Shown here piece by piece: positions 18,771-29,129 of a stretch of 64,000 nucleotides of DNA. Position 1 is the stretch's first letter; every line of letters starts with the position of its first letter. The notes beneath the pieces were generated by a model that saw only the letters and a program-made list of their open reading frames with translations, made no database searches and had not been told where the DNA came from. The stretch lies in NCBI GenBank assembly GCA_001770205.1, contig MEQL01000002.1, forward strand, positions 1 to 64,000, read 5' to 3'. The position numbers and the translations under genes are program-made. This DNA is from Bdellovibrionales bacterium RIFOXYD12_FULL_39_22 (lineage in GTDB: Bacteria > Bdellovibrionota > Bacteriovoracia > Bacteriovoracales > Bacteriovoracaceae).

Positions 18771-19697
18771 TTATGGGATAATTTGAAACTCTTCCGGAAA
18801 GTTGTCGTAGAAATTTTCTAGTTCGGTGACTATGTTTTTATAATCCTGGCGACTTAGTTCATCTCCGCGGGCAATTTGTTTTAGCAATATTAGATTTTTT
18901 TGACTAAACTGCTCGCGGAGCGATGGTTTTACTTGAAAAATTTCATTTAAAGTGGTGACAATGTCATTGGCGTATCCTTTTAGCGCGGAGAGGTGTCTAT
19001 TTTTTTCCAATATCGCAAGGGGTTTGTTATTTGTAATTTTGTGAGCATGGCCAAACATTAGTACAAATTTTTCTTTGAAGTGATGACGGAAATCAGAAAA
19101 GTTTTTTCCCTGCGGATCGTAGTGTTGGGGATTTTGCTGGTAGTGTTCAAATTTAATATTTGTGTCAGCTAGCGAGGGATGTTTTTCTATATATTTTTGT
19201 AAATTATCGACAGAAGCATTTGTAGAAACTATTTCATATCGCAGTTTGTTTTTTGCATGATCGGCAAGAAGGCCCGCAACTTCGTTGGCGGAAGTGATCA
19301 CAATGCCTTCTCCTTTTTGTGCTAGGCGCACTTCCCCGGCCCAGAGGACTTCCGTGATTTTTGTATTGTTGTTGGCGGTATATAGTTTATTTAAAAGTCC
19401 GCGATGGCCATGGCCGATCTGCTCTCCTAAAATTAATAATTCCTTTCCATTTGCTAGCTTGGCCAAAACACCAATTGCAACCGGAGCACCCTTCTGAGGG
19501 AAGAGTCCTTTTTTTATTTGAGGAAGAACAGGAGATAGCGTATCGACAACTTTGTTAGCACTGTTTGTCATTTCCTGTTGGTAGACACGGGCCAGACAAG
19601 GCGCTTTCTCGTTATTGGCGGTTATTTGCAGCGAAAAAAATAGAAGCGTCAGGAAAAATATAAAAAAGGAACGCATGATGACACTATTATCCTCCAA
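18771..19697 (-). CDS. Secreted hypothetical protein
   Basis: 308 aa ORF with hydrophobic signal. Confidence 0.65.
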   Translation of the reverse strand: MEDNSVIMRSFFIFFLTLLFFSLQITANNEKAPCLARVYQQEMTNSANKVVDTLSPVLPQIKKGLFPQKGAPVAIGVLAKLANGKELLILGEQIGHGHRGLLNKLYTANNNTKITEVLWAGEVRLAQKGEGIVITSANEVAGLLADHAKNKLRYEIVSTNASVDNLQKYIEKHPSLADTNIKFEHYQQNPQHYDPQGKNFSDFRHHFKEKFVLMFGHAHKITNNKPLAILEKNRHLSALKGYANDIVTTLNEIFQVKPSLREQFSQKNLILLKQIARGDELSRQDYKNIVTELENFYDNFPEEFQIIP

Positions 19698-19993
19698 ATT
19701 AGGAGGGCAAGCTAGGGAAGTGTCGCGAGTACTTTTTTTCCATGGTAAAATCTATCTCTTATTCACTAACGCCACTCAATTTTTTTTATTGCAAGCGCCT
19801 CTGAAGTTGGGCAATAAAAAATTTATTTAGGACAGTGTTTAATGGAGAATTTGTTAAATAACTAACCAAAAACAGTTAAAAAAAATAAGTAAAAAAATAA
19901 TCGCATTATTTGTTAATAGGGCCGAATAAGGAGCGTTACTATGGGTTAGAGAGGCCACGCTATAAGTATAAGCTGTATGTAAGTGAGGCATTT

Positions 19994-21496
19994 ATGGAAA
20001 AATTATTCGCGGGATCTATGCTTTTTTTTCTATTACTTTTATCCATGGGCCTATCCGGCTGTAACGTATTGGGAAATAAACCACAAGTTGATGATGGCTT
20101 CTGTCTTGGAAACTGCACAGTCGCAGATGTAACTGCTGGCACAGAGACAGCTGCTGATATAACTTTAGAATCAACACCAACACCAATTCCAGAGGCGACT
20201 CCTACCTCTGCTCCAGAAGCTGCTCCTGACGATATTATACTTTCATTGGGCAACATAACCACCTCTTCAATGGTAAGTAGTTTTATAGTAGAGGTTTCGT
20301 TTACTGGAGATAGTGATGGTGATGCGACTGTTGCATTAAAGTCGTGTAATACGTCTTCTGGCACATGTCTACCAACCGAATTTGAATCTATTTCGTCTAT
20401 CTCTATGAACCGGGGTAGTAGCATATACTCAGTGGAAGTACCCTTTGGTGTACCAGACTATTATCTGGGGGACGAGATAATGATTAAAATTTATCCGACA
20501 GACCCAGACAATATGGATGGTTATAGCGCAGTAACTGTCACATTTTCTCTGTGTGATACAGGTATGCAAGATTGGGATTCATCGGTATCTACACGAGAGG
20601 CAGGAATTTTTCTCATAAGCTCAGCTAATCAGCTAGTCTCGCTAGCGGCCAATTGCGTAGATTCAACGCATTATGCTTCTTGTGATGAGAGCTTTAAGCT
20701 GTGCACTGACATCGACATGTCCAGTACTTCATTCATCCCGATAGGTTCGCCCAATTGGCCATTTACTGGTACATTTGATGGTAATGGGAAAAAAATTATG
20801 AATTTGGAAATTAATCTACCAAACCGTGAGTATGTAGGCCTATTCGGCCTTCTAAAGGGTGAGGTAAGCTTTCTTACTATTGAAAATAGCAACGTTCATG
20901 GATCAGCACAGGTCGGAATAGTGGCCGGTGCTATTCAAGGTGCCATTGTTGGGCCAGAAGTTAACGTTTCTGGTGGCAATGTGCTGGGCCAACAGCATGT
21001 GGGTGGATTGGTAGGCCACATGTCGAATGATAGTGCCATTTTGTCGCAAGTGAGTTACGTAGAAACCTCTGCAGATGTCTCTAGCAATTTAGGTTATGCT
21101 GGTGGGGCGATTGGTTGTATTGAAACAAATGCAGGTGGCACAATCCACAACATCCTATCTAATGGGGATGTATTTGGAGGCGGAGTTTATCTTGGTGGCC
21201 TAGTTGGATATGGCAAGGACGTTGGAGTTGAAAGTTCCTATGCTAATGGAAATATTTTGGGAGCAGCTGCGTCTCATGTAGGAGGATTTATTGGTATCAG
21301 CGATAACGGCACGAATATTCGTAATTCTGTCGCCACTGGAGCTGTTTCGGGTAATGATTATGTAGGAGGTTTTGTGGGGTACAATAACACCTTTGGAACA
21401 ATTTCTACTTCGACTGCTAGTGGAAATGTTACTGCCGAGTTTACAATAAATGCCGGAGCTTTTGTTGGATACAACAGCGGAACAATAAATCCATAG
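19994..21496 (+). CDS. Lipoprotein with GLUG-type (VGGLVG) beta-helix repeats
   Basis: Lipobox LSGC, Pro/Thr linker, PIG..FTGTFDGNG motif, repeated VGGLVG/VGGFVG; ATG 19994 with RBS. Confidence 0.8.
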   Translation: MEKLFAGSMLFFLLLLSMGLSGCNVLGNKPQVDDGFCLGNCTVADVTAGTETAADITLESTPTPIPEATPTSAPEAAPDDIILSLGNITTSSMVSSFIVEVSFTGDSDGDATVALKSCNTSSGTCLPTEFESISSISMNRGSSIYSVEVPFGVPDYYLGDEIMIKIYPTDPDNMDGYSAVTVTFSLCDTGMQDWDSSVSTREAGIFLISSANQLVSLAANCVDSTHYASCDESFKLCTDIDMSSTSFIPIGSPNWPFTGTFDGNGKKIMNLEINLPNREYVGLFGLLKGEVSFLTIENSNVHGSAQVGIVAGAIQGAIVGPEVNVSGGNVLGQQHVGGLVGHMSNDSAILSQVSYVETSADVSSNLGYAGGAIGCIETNAGGTIHNILSNGDVFGGGVYLGGLVGYGKDVGVESSYANGNILGAAASHVGGFIGISDNGTNIRNSVATGAVSGNDYVGGFVGYNNTFGTISTSTASGNVTAEFTINAGAFVGYNSGTINP

Positions 21497-21595
21497 ATTC
21501 GTTGCTGTTGTCCAGTAGTTGTCCATATACCCACGCACACGCTAGATCTTTTTTCCATACAATATAATCCAGACTTCATAAACCACACTTCTTTT

Positions 21596-22495
21596 TTATC
21601 GCACCTTCTTATAAACCGCAGGCGCTACACTCTTTAAATGCTCGCTTATGTCAGCAATGGACTCCGAGTGGCCAATGAATAAGTATCCACCGATATTTAA
21701 ATGTGAAACCAATTTGGTTATAACTCTTACGATCACTTCTCTCGGAAAGTAGATGAGAACATTGCGCAAAAAGATAATATCAAATTGGATAGGGACGCGT
21801 TCTTGATCATTGATTAGATTAAATTGACGAAACTTAACTTTCTCTTTTAGGGCGGTAGAGATTTGGTAGGAGTAGTCATTGCTACCTTCCGGCCGCACTT
21901 TTTCAACGCTGCTAAGAAAGTAGTTCGGAGGAATTTCGGCCTTAATATCTAGCGGATAAATTCCCTTGTCGGCAATATCCAGCATCGAAGTATCGATATC
22001 TGTTCCTAAAATACGATAATCTGGCCCTGGATTATGTTGAATAAATTCATTATAGATCATGGCCAGAGTATACACTTCTTGGCCGGCGGAACAGGCCGCA
22101 GACCAGGCATAGAGAGTCGCTTTATTCTCGGCACGGTGAGTGGCCAAATATTCCTTAAAGTAGACATTTTTTAAAAAATCAAAATGCTGGGATTCGCGAA
22201 AAAAGTTAGTCTTGTTAGTCGTCAGGGCATTGATGAAGTGACGATGCTCTTCACTATTTTTTTTAACAAATTCCGCATAGGCCGCGTAACTAGAAAGCCT
22301 TAACTCTCGAAGGCGTTTGTATAAGCGGTTTTGCACCATAACTTTTTTTGAAGAATCAATTAAAATTCCTGAAAGCTTAAAAATAAAGTCACAAAAAAAA
22401 GCAAACTCTTCATTTTTTAGTGGGATTTCACTGGTACCAGCACTATTAGCACTAATACCAGTGTTATTGGAATCAATTCTATTTTTTCTATCCAT
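21596..22495 (-). CDS. cheR: Chemotaxis protein methyltransferase
   Basis: LTTNKTNFFRE, WSAACSAGQE, GTDID, RNVLIYF, GHSES. Confidence 0.92.
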   Translation of the reverse strand: MDRKNRIDSNNTGISANSAGTSEIPLKNEEFAFFCDFIFKLSGILIDSSKKVMVQNRLYKRLRELRLSSYAAYAEFVKKNSEEHRHFINALTTNKTNFFRESQHFDFLKNVYFKEYLATHRAENKATLYAWSAACSAGQEVYTLAMIYNEFIQHNPGPDYRILGTDIDTSMLDIADKGIYPLDIKAEIPPNYFLSSVEKVRPEGSNDYSYQISTALKEKVKFRQFNLINDQERVPIQFDIIFLRNVLIYFPREVIVRVITKLVSHLNIGGYLFIGHSESIADISEHLKSVAPAVYKKVR

Positions 22496-23857
22496 CTATT
22501 CAGAAACTACAAACATCGCTGGAAGCGGCATGACTTGAATATCGTAGTCAACCATGGGATCTACTTCAAACGCAGATTTATCAATACCATCATCAGCATT
22601 TATAACGTAGCTCTTTGCTACCTGGATGGCCTCGCTCAAAGAGGCATTACGCGATAGTTCTGCGGCAGTTACTGAGCGAGCAGGATTTACTAGTCCGGAG
22701 GTTTTTACTTTGCCCACCAAGTATGCTTTTACGTCGGCCGTTTCTAGGATAATGCGCTTAACTTCTTTAGGAGAGAGCTTGGGGTTGATAGCGCGAATTT
22801 GAGTGGCAATATTGGCCACATAAGGGGCCGCTTGACTGGTTCCACTAACTTGAAGGTAGTTATTATTAGGAGTGGCGGAGAGAATATTAACTCCTGGTGC
22901 GGCAACATCTACAGCATTTCCGAAGTTAGAAAAATTTGCAAATTCTAAATCAGCAAAAGTGGCACCCACTGAAATAACATTGTCGTGATTGATTGCTAAG
23001 TTGGTAGGAGAGGCGGGAAATTGATCATTGTTAGAACCATCATTCCCGGCGGCAAAAACAAATAGTGTATTTGGAGCTTGCTGAATGGCCACACTGTTAG
23101 AGGCCAGTGTTTGCTCAATGAAGAAAGTTGCTAGTTCATCAATCTCTTCTTGAGTTGGATCTTTTGCCGATAGTTTGTCGAGAATTAATTTGGCAATCAT
23201 TTGTGCTTGTGGAAAGCCAGTACCAAAGGAACCATTGGCCACTGCAATATTGTGGGCAGACACATAGGCGAAGATATTTTCCATTAGAGCTGCCTGTTGC
23301 TTGGCCACAGTTTTAAGAAGCAATTTGGCCAAAAACATAGAAACACCCTTGTTGGTATTTGCTTTTGGCAGTTTGATCTCTGTAGGGATTAGCTTGATGC
23401 CCATTACTTGATTGGAAGAGTTTTTAGAGGCGATTGCCGAAACATGTGTTCCATGCATGTAGTTACCATAGGTGGTTAAGCGCGCTATAAATTCTGCGTC
23501 GGAGGCCTTTGCTTTAATCCAAGTTATTTCATCAGGTGTAATATCGCGAGTATAGATTTTTCCTTGGATGCGAAAAAATTCTTTAATGTCGTCGTTTAGG
23601 TAGTTCTGGTAGCTGTAATCGATTAATTTATTGTTGTCTTCAGCGAAGTTCCAACCGCTAACGTCGTCTTGATATCCATCGCCATCTTCATCGCGATTGT
23701 TGTTGGGAATTTCGCGAGAATCAACCCAGACGTGATTTACCAGTTCCGGATGTTGAAAATCAATACCCGAGTCAATAACCGCTACCGTACTGGCCCAAAT
23801 TGGCCTAGAAATCACAATTAACAAGGCGGGGAGAAGATAAATTGCACTTAGTTTCAT
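22496..23857 (-). CDS. Secreted S8 subtilisin-like serine peptidase
   Basis: VIDSG, HGTHV, AAGN, GTSQAAP; probable start ATG 23857. Confidence 0.9.
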   Translation of the reverse strand: MKLSAIYLLPALLIVISRPIWASTVAVIDSGIDFQHPELVNHVWVDSREIPNNNRDEDGDGYQDDVSGWNFAEDNNKLIDYSYQNYLNDDIKEFFRIQGKIYTRDITPDEITWIKAKASDAEFIARLTTYGNYMHGTHVSAIASKNSSNQVMGIKLIPTEIKLPKANTNKGVSMFLAKLLLKTVAKQQAALMENIFAYVSAHNIAVANGSFGTGFPQAQMIAKLILDKLSAKDPTQEEIDELATFFIEQTLASNSVAIQQAPNTLFVFAAGNDGSNNDQFPASPTNLAINHDNVISVGATFADLEFANFSNFGNAVDVAAPGVNILSATPNNNYLQVSGTSQAAPYVANIATQIRAINPKLSPKEVKRIILETADVKAYLVGKVKTSGLVNPARSVTAAELSRNASLSEAIQVAKSYVINADDGIDKSAFEVDPMVDYDIQVMPLPAMFVVSE

Positions 23858-24044
23858 AATGAAAGAACCTCCGTTAAGTTTGTCCCGAATCTCGTAAGAG
23901 TAAGGGACGGATAGATTTAATAGCTTGCTTAACCTACTAAAGCATATATACAATGGATAGTTGTAAAATTAAGTTTGGAAAAATTACATGATTTTATTTA
24001 AAAATGGAATTTTTAAATAAAAAAAAATCAAAAGGAGTTGAGAT

Positions 24045-25307
24045 ATGAAGAAAATTTGTTCCGTCATCTTATTCGGCCTACTGTCATCTACCGTTTTTGC
24101 CACCCCTCCAGGATTTGATAAGCATTTTGAATTAAAACGTGGCATGGATGGTAAGCTACAATCGATAATTAGTAGGGATATTTTTGGAAGTTTTTCAATT
24201 CGTCCGCTGATTGAGCAGATAAAAGAGGATTTGCGCATAGAGCAAACCAATATGGCCAGAAAAGGTAACTATTATCGCGAGGCACAGGAGATCCTTTTTG
24301 GAGATGAGAGTTTGGCCGGCAGTGAAGATCTATTTGCCCTAACGCCTAATAACGGAGAGGAGCGACGAGAGGTGCAAGAGAGGCGAACTAACGCTTTTAA
24401 TGCCTTGGCCGTAATTTCTAACTTGGATATTGAGGCCTTTTTTGCCCAACCAGAATTGGTTAAATTGGCCAATAGATATGAATTAGAAGTTAACAAGAAT
24501 TTTCGAGTGTTGAACATAAATATGTTGGCCCATGCAACTGATTCGCAATATTTTTATCGCACCACAGTTAACTATGAAATTTTGATGCGAGCACTAAATT
24601 ATGCGAAGAAAAAATGGGATAATATACCGGTGCTTAACGTTGGGGTAATGCTGCTGGATAAGATGGAACAGATGTTTACTCAGCAGCGTTTTTTCTACCA
24701 AAATATGCTCTTGCACTATCTGGAAAATTATACGCCAACCGAGTTAGGGATGACAGCTAAAGAGGCCGATCGGGTTATCTCCTCTATCTATGAGTCGCGT
24801 TTAACTTGGCTCTCCTATTTTGAATCTAAGGCCGTACAGAGAGATTGGGATGGTTATGGAGTTCAAAGATTTTATCGCGATATTCGTGCGGTTAATGCCT
24901 CATTTCGCGGAGTGAGAGGCGCCTATAGCTCACTTGGAACACGCTTTAACTTTGCTTTTCAAGAGGCAAGTATCGAAGGGAAAAACGTAGTAATTAACCT
25001 TTTTGATAAAGAGCACATGTTTTCTAAGTTCCCTTCGGTGGCCTTTGATCGTGATAATCCAAAAAGTGTACTTCGTAAGCGTCAGTTGGTGCAGGCCGTT
25101 CAGTTGGGAGTGAGGTTGCTTACTCTTCCAAAATTTGTGCAGTCGGTGGCAGATTCTTTTTTTAGCTCCATGTATGTGAGTCAAAGCTTACGAGAGGGTG
25201 CATTGATGGCCCACTTTGAGTTAAGTGGTGATGAAGAAGCGCAAAAAATTATCTTAAAGCAGTTGCGAAATCCTTTTATTTTTATTGGCCCAGGTAGTGC
25301 CCGATAA
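24045..25307 (+). CDS. Secreted hypothetical protein
   Basis: AGGAG RBS, signal peptide, 420 aa. Confidence 0.75.
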   Translation: MKKICSVILFGLLSSTVFATPPGFDKHFELKRGMDGKLQSIISRDIFGSFSIRPLIEQIKEDLRIEQTNMARKGNYYREAQEILFGDESLAGSEDLFALTPNNGEERREVQERRTNAFNALAVISNLDIEAFFAQPELVKLANRYELEVNKNFRVLNINMLAHATDSQYFYRTTVNYEILMRALNYAKKKWDNIPVLNVGVMLLDKMEQMFTQQRFFYQNMLLHYLENYTPTELGMTAKEADRVISSIYESRLTWLSYFESKAVQRDWDGYGVQRFYRDIRAVNASFRGVRGAYSSLGTRFNFAFQEASIEGKNVVINLFDKEHMFSKFPSVAFDRDNPKSVLRKRQLVQAVQLGVRLLTLPKFVQSVADSFFSSMYVSQSLREGALMAHFELSGDEEAQKIILKQLRNPFIFIGPGSAR

Positions 25308-25311
25308 AAAA

Positions 25312-26142
25312 TTATCTGAATCTTAAAGTGGCAGATAGCGCTTGGTGGTCAGAACCATCAGGCGCATCTATGACAGAAGAACTAAGCACCTCAAATCCAC
25401 GAACATAAATATGATCTAAAGGGTTCCCACTTAAGCGGGAGCGAATGTCCGGATTAAAAAAGACGGTGCGCATTCCTAAGCGGGCCATGATTTTGTCTAA
25501 TACAATCAATTTGGCCATAGACCAGGTGTTAAAATCACCGGCCCAAATCAGAGGCCCTTTGTGTGTCGATAAAACTTGCGCTACTTCTGTTAGTTGAGCT
25601 TCGAGTTTGTCGGTGGAGACAAAATTTAAAGCGTGAATTGTGGCCACCATGAGCTGTTTACTACTGAAGGCCAGATCATATTTGGCCAAAATAGTCATTT
25701 TGGGAGTAGAAATTACTGGCTCTCGTCCGCTACTGCGCAAAAAAGCGATCTCTTTTGGGGTGGCCAGTGAGCCGATTGCTACGCCGGTCGGGAAAATATT
25801 GTCTCCGTCATAATCTAAAAAGGAGGCCGCAAAATCAAAGCGATAGGGCGTGTCATGCTCAAAAACGGAGATCATTGCTGGATCTAAATATGCCTCTTGC
25901 AGTAAAAGAATATCGTGGCCGGCAGAATTTTTCAGAAAATCATTTCGCCAATTATCTTTTCTTCCCTTGTAGATGTTCCAAGCAAAAACCTTGATAGTTT
26001 TACTAGAGATAGTTGCGTAGGGATTGTTATTTTTTCCAAGGGTGGCCAATACTGCACTATCCTCTGGAATAGTGGGGAGTTTTTTTTCTGTGGCCACCAA
26101 AACGGAAATAAGAACTGTCACAAAAATTACGATCCTAATCAT
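25312..26142 (-). CDS. Endonuclease/exonuclease/phosphatase family protein (YafD-like)
   Basis: WNIYK, LLQEA, GDFNTW, LDHIY, SDH; probable start 26142. Confidence 0.85.
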   Translation of the reverse strand: MIRIVIFVTVLISVLVATEKKLPTIPEDSAVLATLGKNNNPYATISSKTIKVFAWNIYKGRKDNWRNDFLKNSAGHDILLLQEAYLDPAMISVFEHDTPYRFDFAASFLDYDGDNIFPTGVAIGSLATPKEIAFLRSSGREPVISTPKMTILAKYDLAFSSKQLMVATIHALNFVSTDKLEAQLTEVAQVLSTHKGPLIWAGDFNTWSMAKLIVLDKIMARLGMRTVFFNPDIRSRLSGNPLDHIYVRGFEVLSSSVIDAPDGSDHQALSATLRFR

Positions 26143-26161
26143 AGTACGTCCTAGTTTCTGA

Positions 26162-27148
26162 TTATTTTTTGTTTTTGAACTCATAATGATTATATATTTC
26201 CGCCAAAAAGACGTCACTATAAACATTTTGCCCAGCAAGCTCTTTGTAGGGGGCCAATGAATAAGAGGGAGCAACTCCTAGCCACTCTTTGATTTGGGAT
26301 TCTTTTTTCTTTTGATGAAGCCATTTGAAGATTCCTGCTTGTCGCAGAGATTTTGGAGTGATGTTGATCATTAATTTGTCCCGATATTCTTCCAAAACTA
26401 GCTCCAATCCGCGCGGGGAGAGACCTCCTGCTAAAATACGATAGTGATTAGCATTAAAAAGTAATTCGGGAAAATCTAGCTGAAAGCGTAGTTTCAGCTT
26501 TTCTAGCAGGGTTTTATATTTTGCCAAAATTGTAGAAAAGATATTGGGCAGGGGGATCGAGTAGGGATCGCGAGAACCATCAGTTACGAGTACTCGCGGA
26601 TTTTCACCGTCGTATAAATGCTCTAAAAGTAAACCGGAGAGAGTTGAGACTTTTAGTGCGGCACCAAAGATAAGCAGTATCACTAGTTGATTGCGCATAG
26701 CTATTAAGCTGGCCATTTCATCTTCGCTGCTAGCATCTTCAATTAGTTGTACCCAGAGGGTTTTTATATCGATAAAACTGGCCGGGCGAGGGATATCTAA
26801 AAATTTAGGAGAGTTTTGTATTTCCCGTAGCGGATTGCTGGAGATGATTCGCGCTTTCACCAGGTAATCGAAAAAGATACGGAGCGTTTGAATTTTGCGT
26901 CGCTTGGAATTATCTGAGTGGTATTTTTGGTCTAGATAGTGGGAGTATTGCAACACATTGTGCATGCTGAGGATGTCTATGTCTTGCTTTATCTTATTTT
27001 GATTTAGATATTCATCGAAAGAGTTAAGATCCGTGCGATAATTTTTTTGAGTGTTATTACTTTTTTGTGCTCCGGCCAGGGATTTAATAAATTCATCTTC
27101 TAGGCCGGAGAGATTTAGCGATGATGAGGCAAAGTTTCCATTATTCAT
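26162..27148 (-). CDS. XerC/D-like tyrosine recombinase fold with substituted catalytic residues
   Basis: SAM-like N-domain (SNNTQKNYRTDL, LRIFFDYL, NP). Box I reads AALKVSTL; box II reads TPKSLRQ..LGV..Y. Confidence 0.75.
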   Translation of the reverse strand: MNNGNFASSSLNLSGLEDEFIKSLAGAQKSNNTQKNYRTDLNSFDEYLNQNKIKQDIDILSMHNVLQYSHYLDQKYHSDNSKRRKIQTLRIFFDYLVKARIISSNPLREIQNSPKFLDIPRPASFIDIKTLWVQLIEDASSEDEMASLIAMRNQLVILLIFGAALKVSTLSGLLLEHLYDGENPRVLVTDGSRDPYSIPLPNIFSTILAKYKTLLEKLKLRFQLDFPELLFNANHYRILAGGLSPRGLELVLEEYRDKLMINITPKSLRQAGIFKWLHQKKKESQIKEWLGVAPSYSLAPYKELAGQNVYSDVFLAEIYNHYEFKNKK

Positions 27149-27298
27149 ATGTCAGATGGCCCTTTTTATTTATTGCGGAATCAAGATTCTACGTTGGGTG
27201 GTAAATTTTTACAACATAAAAAAAGGAGATTGAAAGAGTGAAGCTTTGGTGCTAGCTTCCCAAAACTTTCGGAAAACTGAAGTTTTTACAATTTAATA

Positions 27299-28171
27299 TT
27301 GGGAATAGTCATGATCACCTCTTTGCGTAGCACTATGTCACAGCAAGCTTGGCAGGCATTTTTGGTAGGCCAGCTTTACGCACACAAAGGGGAAGGCCAT
27401 TTAGACTATTTTCAAATCAATAAAATTTTAAAGGAAGCACCCTTCTTTAATCAATTAGAAAACAGAATTGGCCATCTTTTTTCTGATCGATCTCTTTTGG
27501 TTAGCTCTCTTTTGCATAGATCTTTTGTTAATGAATTTAGCACTGCTAAATCTACCCTAGAAAGTAACGAGCGCTTGGAATTTTTGGGAGATGCCATTTT
27601 AGGTGCTATCATCACTTCTTTGCTGGTGGAGCGCTATCCAAAGTTAGCGGAGGGAGAGTTGTCGCTGCTGCGTTCGGCCTTAGTAAATGAAGAGAGCTGG
27701 GGAATGTTGGCCAAGTTTTTGAATCTCGACTACCTAGTGATTGTAAGTCGAGGAGAACAGCAGGCGGGTGGATATAAAAAAGATAGCATTTTGGCCAATA
27801 CCTTCGAGGCCTTGTTTGGGGCCATTTTTTTAGATAGCAATTATGAGCAGACCAAGCGAATTTTTTGCGATTTGCTGGCCCAATATGATCGTGCTACCGG
27901 ACATCAATTTTTGGCAGCAAGCAAGCGAGAATCGGCCAATGTTAAAGGAAAAGTTCAGGAATATTTTTTAAAGGAACATTTGGCACTACCGGAATATCGT
28001 TTTGTTCTACTAGAAAATAATCAATATCAGGCCGATCTATATGTCGGGGATAAATTGTTGGCCTCTGCTTCTGATTCATCCAAAAAAAAGGCCGCTAAGG
28101 CCGCCGCCGAAATTGCTTTCTTGCAGATAAAAAAACTTGAAAACCAGGAGATCTTACATGTTAATAACTGA
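27299..28171 (+). CDS. rnc: Ribonuclease III
   Basis: HRSF, NERLEFLGDA signature, C-terminal dsRBD (SKKKA). Exact start uncertain. Confidence 0.92.
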   Translation: MGIVMITSLRSTMSQQAWQAFLVGQLYAHKGEGHLDYFQINKILKEAPFFNQLENRIGHLFSDRSLLVSSLLHRSFVNEFSTAKSTLESNERLEFLGDAILGAIITSLLVERYPKLAEGELSLLRSALVNEESWGMLAKFLNLDYLVIVSRGEQQAGGYKKDSILANTFEALFGAIFLDSNYEQTKRIFCDLLAQYDRATGHQFLAASKRESANVKGKVQEYFLKEHLALPEYRFVLLENNQYQADLYVGDKLLASASDSSKKKAAKAAAEIAFLQIKKLENQEILHVNN

Positions 28172-29129
28172 TCAACATCCGAATAATCGATCTATTACGG
28201 TGGCCGTTTTAGGAGCTCCTAATGTTGGGAAGAGTTCGTTAATTAACTATCTGCTGGGGATGAATTTATCTGTTGTTACTTCTCGACCACAGACTACGCG
28301 TAATCGCTACCACTGTGTTTTTACGGTTGATCATACGGAGATAATTTTGGTTGATACTCCGGGGTTGCATCGCTCTAATAAGGAATTTAACAAGCGTCTT
28401 AATCAACAAGCGCGTGAAGGAAGTGAAGGAGCAGATTTAAACTTGCTTATAATTGATTTAAGTGGCGAAGTAATGCAGCAATTTTTTGACTTTAAAGAAA
28501 ATTTTGGCAGAGAATTGGCCCCTACTTGGATTGTTTTTTCTAAAGCAGATCTGATCGAAAATGTAGAGGCACTGCCACTTACCGAGGTGGTAGAAAAAGC
28601 ACGAGAGCTACTGCCGGAAATTGAAAAACATTTTGTCATAAGTGCTAAAAATGGAGATAATGTGCATCTACTTACCGGGGCAATTTGTGATCGAGCACCT
28701 TCTTCGCCGCATTTATACATGGATGGCAGTGTTTCCAATAAACATGAGCGTTTTTTTGTAACGGAATATATTCGAGAGCAGGTGTTTAACTTGATAAAGG
28801 AAGAAGTCCCTTATGAAGTGGCGGTAGTAGTGGAAGAATATGAGGACTATCGAGAGAAGAATATTCCCAATAAGGTTGGGACTAGCATTTCGGCAGCAAT
28901 TTTAGTGAATAAACCATCACAGCGCGGAATTTTAGTGGGAGCGGGAGGTAGCATGATTAAAAAAATCGGTATGGCGGCCCGTGAAAGAATTGAAGAGATG
29001 GTGGGAGGGCAGGTTTTTTTAAAATTACATGTCAAAGTTTCAGAAAACTGGTTTTCAAATAACTTTGTTTTGGAAGAGATTGGCCTTCCGCGTGCGCTAG
29101 ACTCCAATCGTGTTTGGAGGAAAAAGTGA
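28158..29129 (+). CDS. era: GTPase Era
   Basis: GAPNVGKS, PQTTR, DTPG, EEVPY, KH domain; ATG 28158 with AGGAG RBS. Confidence 0.93.
   Translation: MLITDQHPNNRSITVAVLGAPNVGKSSLINYLLGMNLSVVTSRPQTTRNRYHCVFTVDHTEIILVDTPGLHRSNKEFNKRLNQQAREGSEGADLNLLIIDLSGEVMQQFFDFKENFGRELAPTWIVFSKADLIENVEALPLTEVVEKARELLPEIEKHFVISAKNGDNVHLLTGAICDRAPSSPHLYMDGSVSNKHERFFVTEYIREQVFNLIKEEVPYEVAVVVEEYEDYREKNIPNKVGTSISAAILVNKPSQRGILVGAGGSMIKKIGMAARERIEEMVGGQVFLKLHVKVSENWFSNNFVLEEIGLPRALDSNRVWRKK

Noticed and set aside
26162..27148. Integrase of a prophage or integrative element
   Set aside because: No att repeats, tRNA or phage genes nearby; catalytic residues are substituted; it is flanked by core genes.
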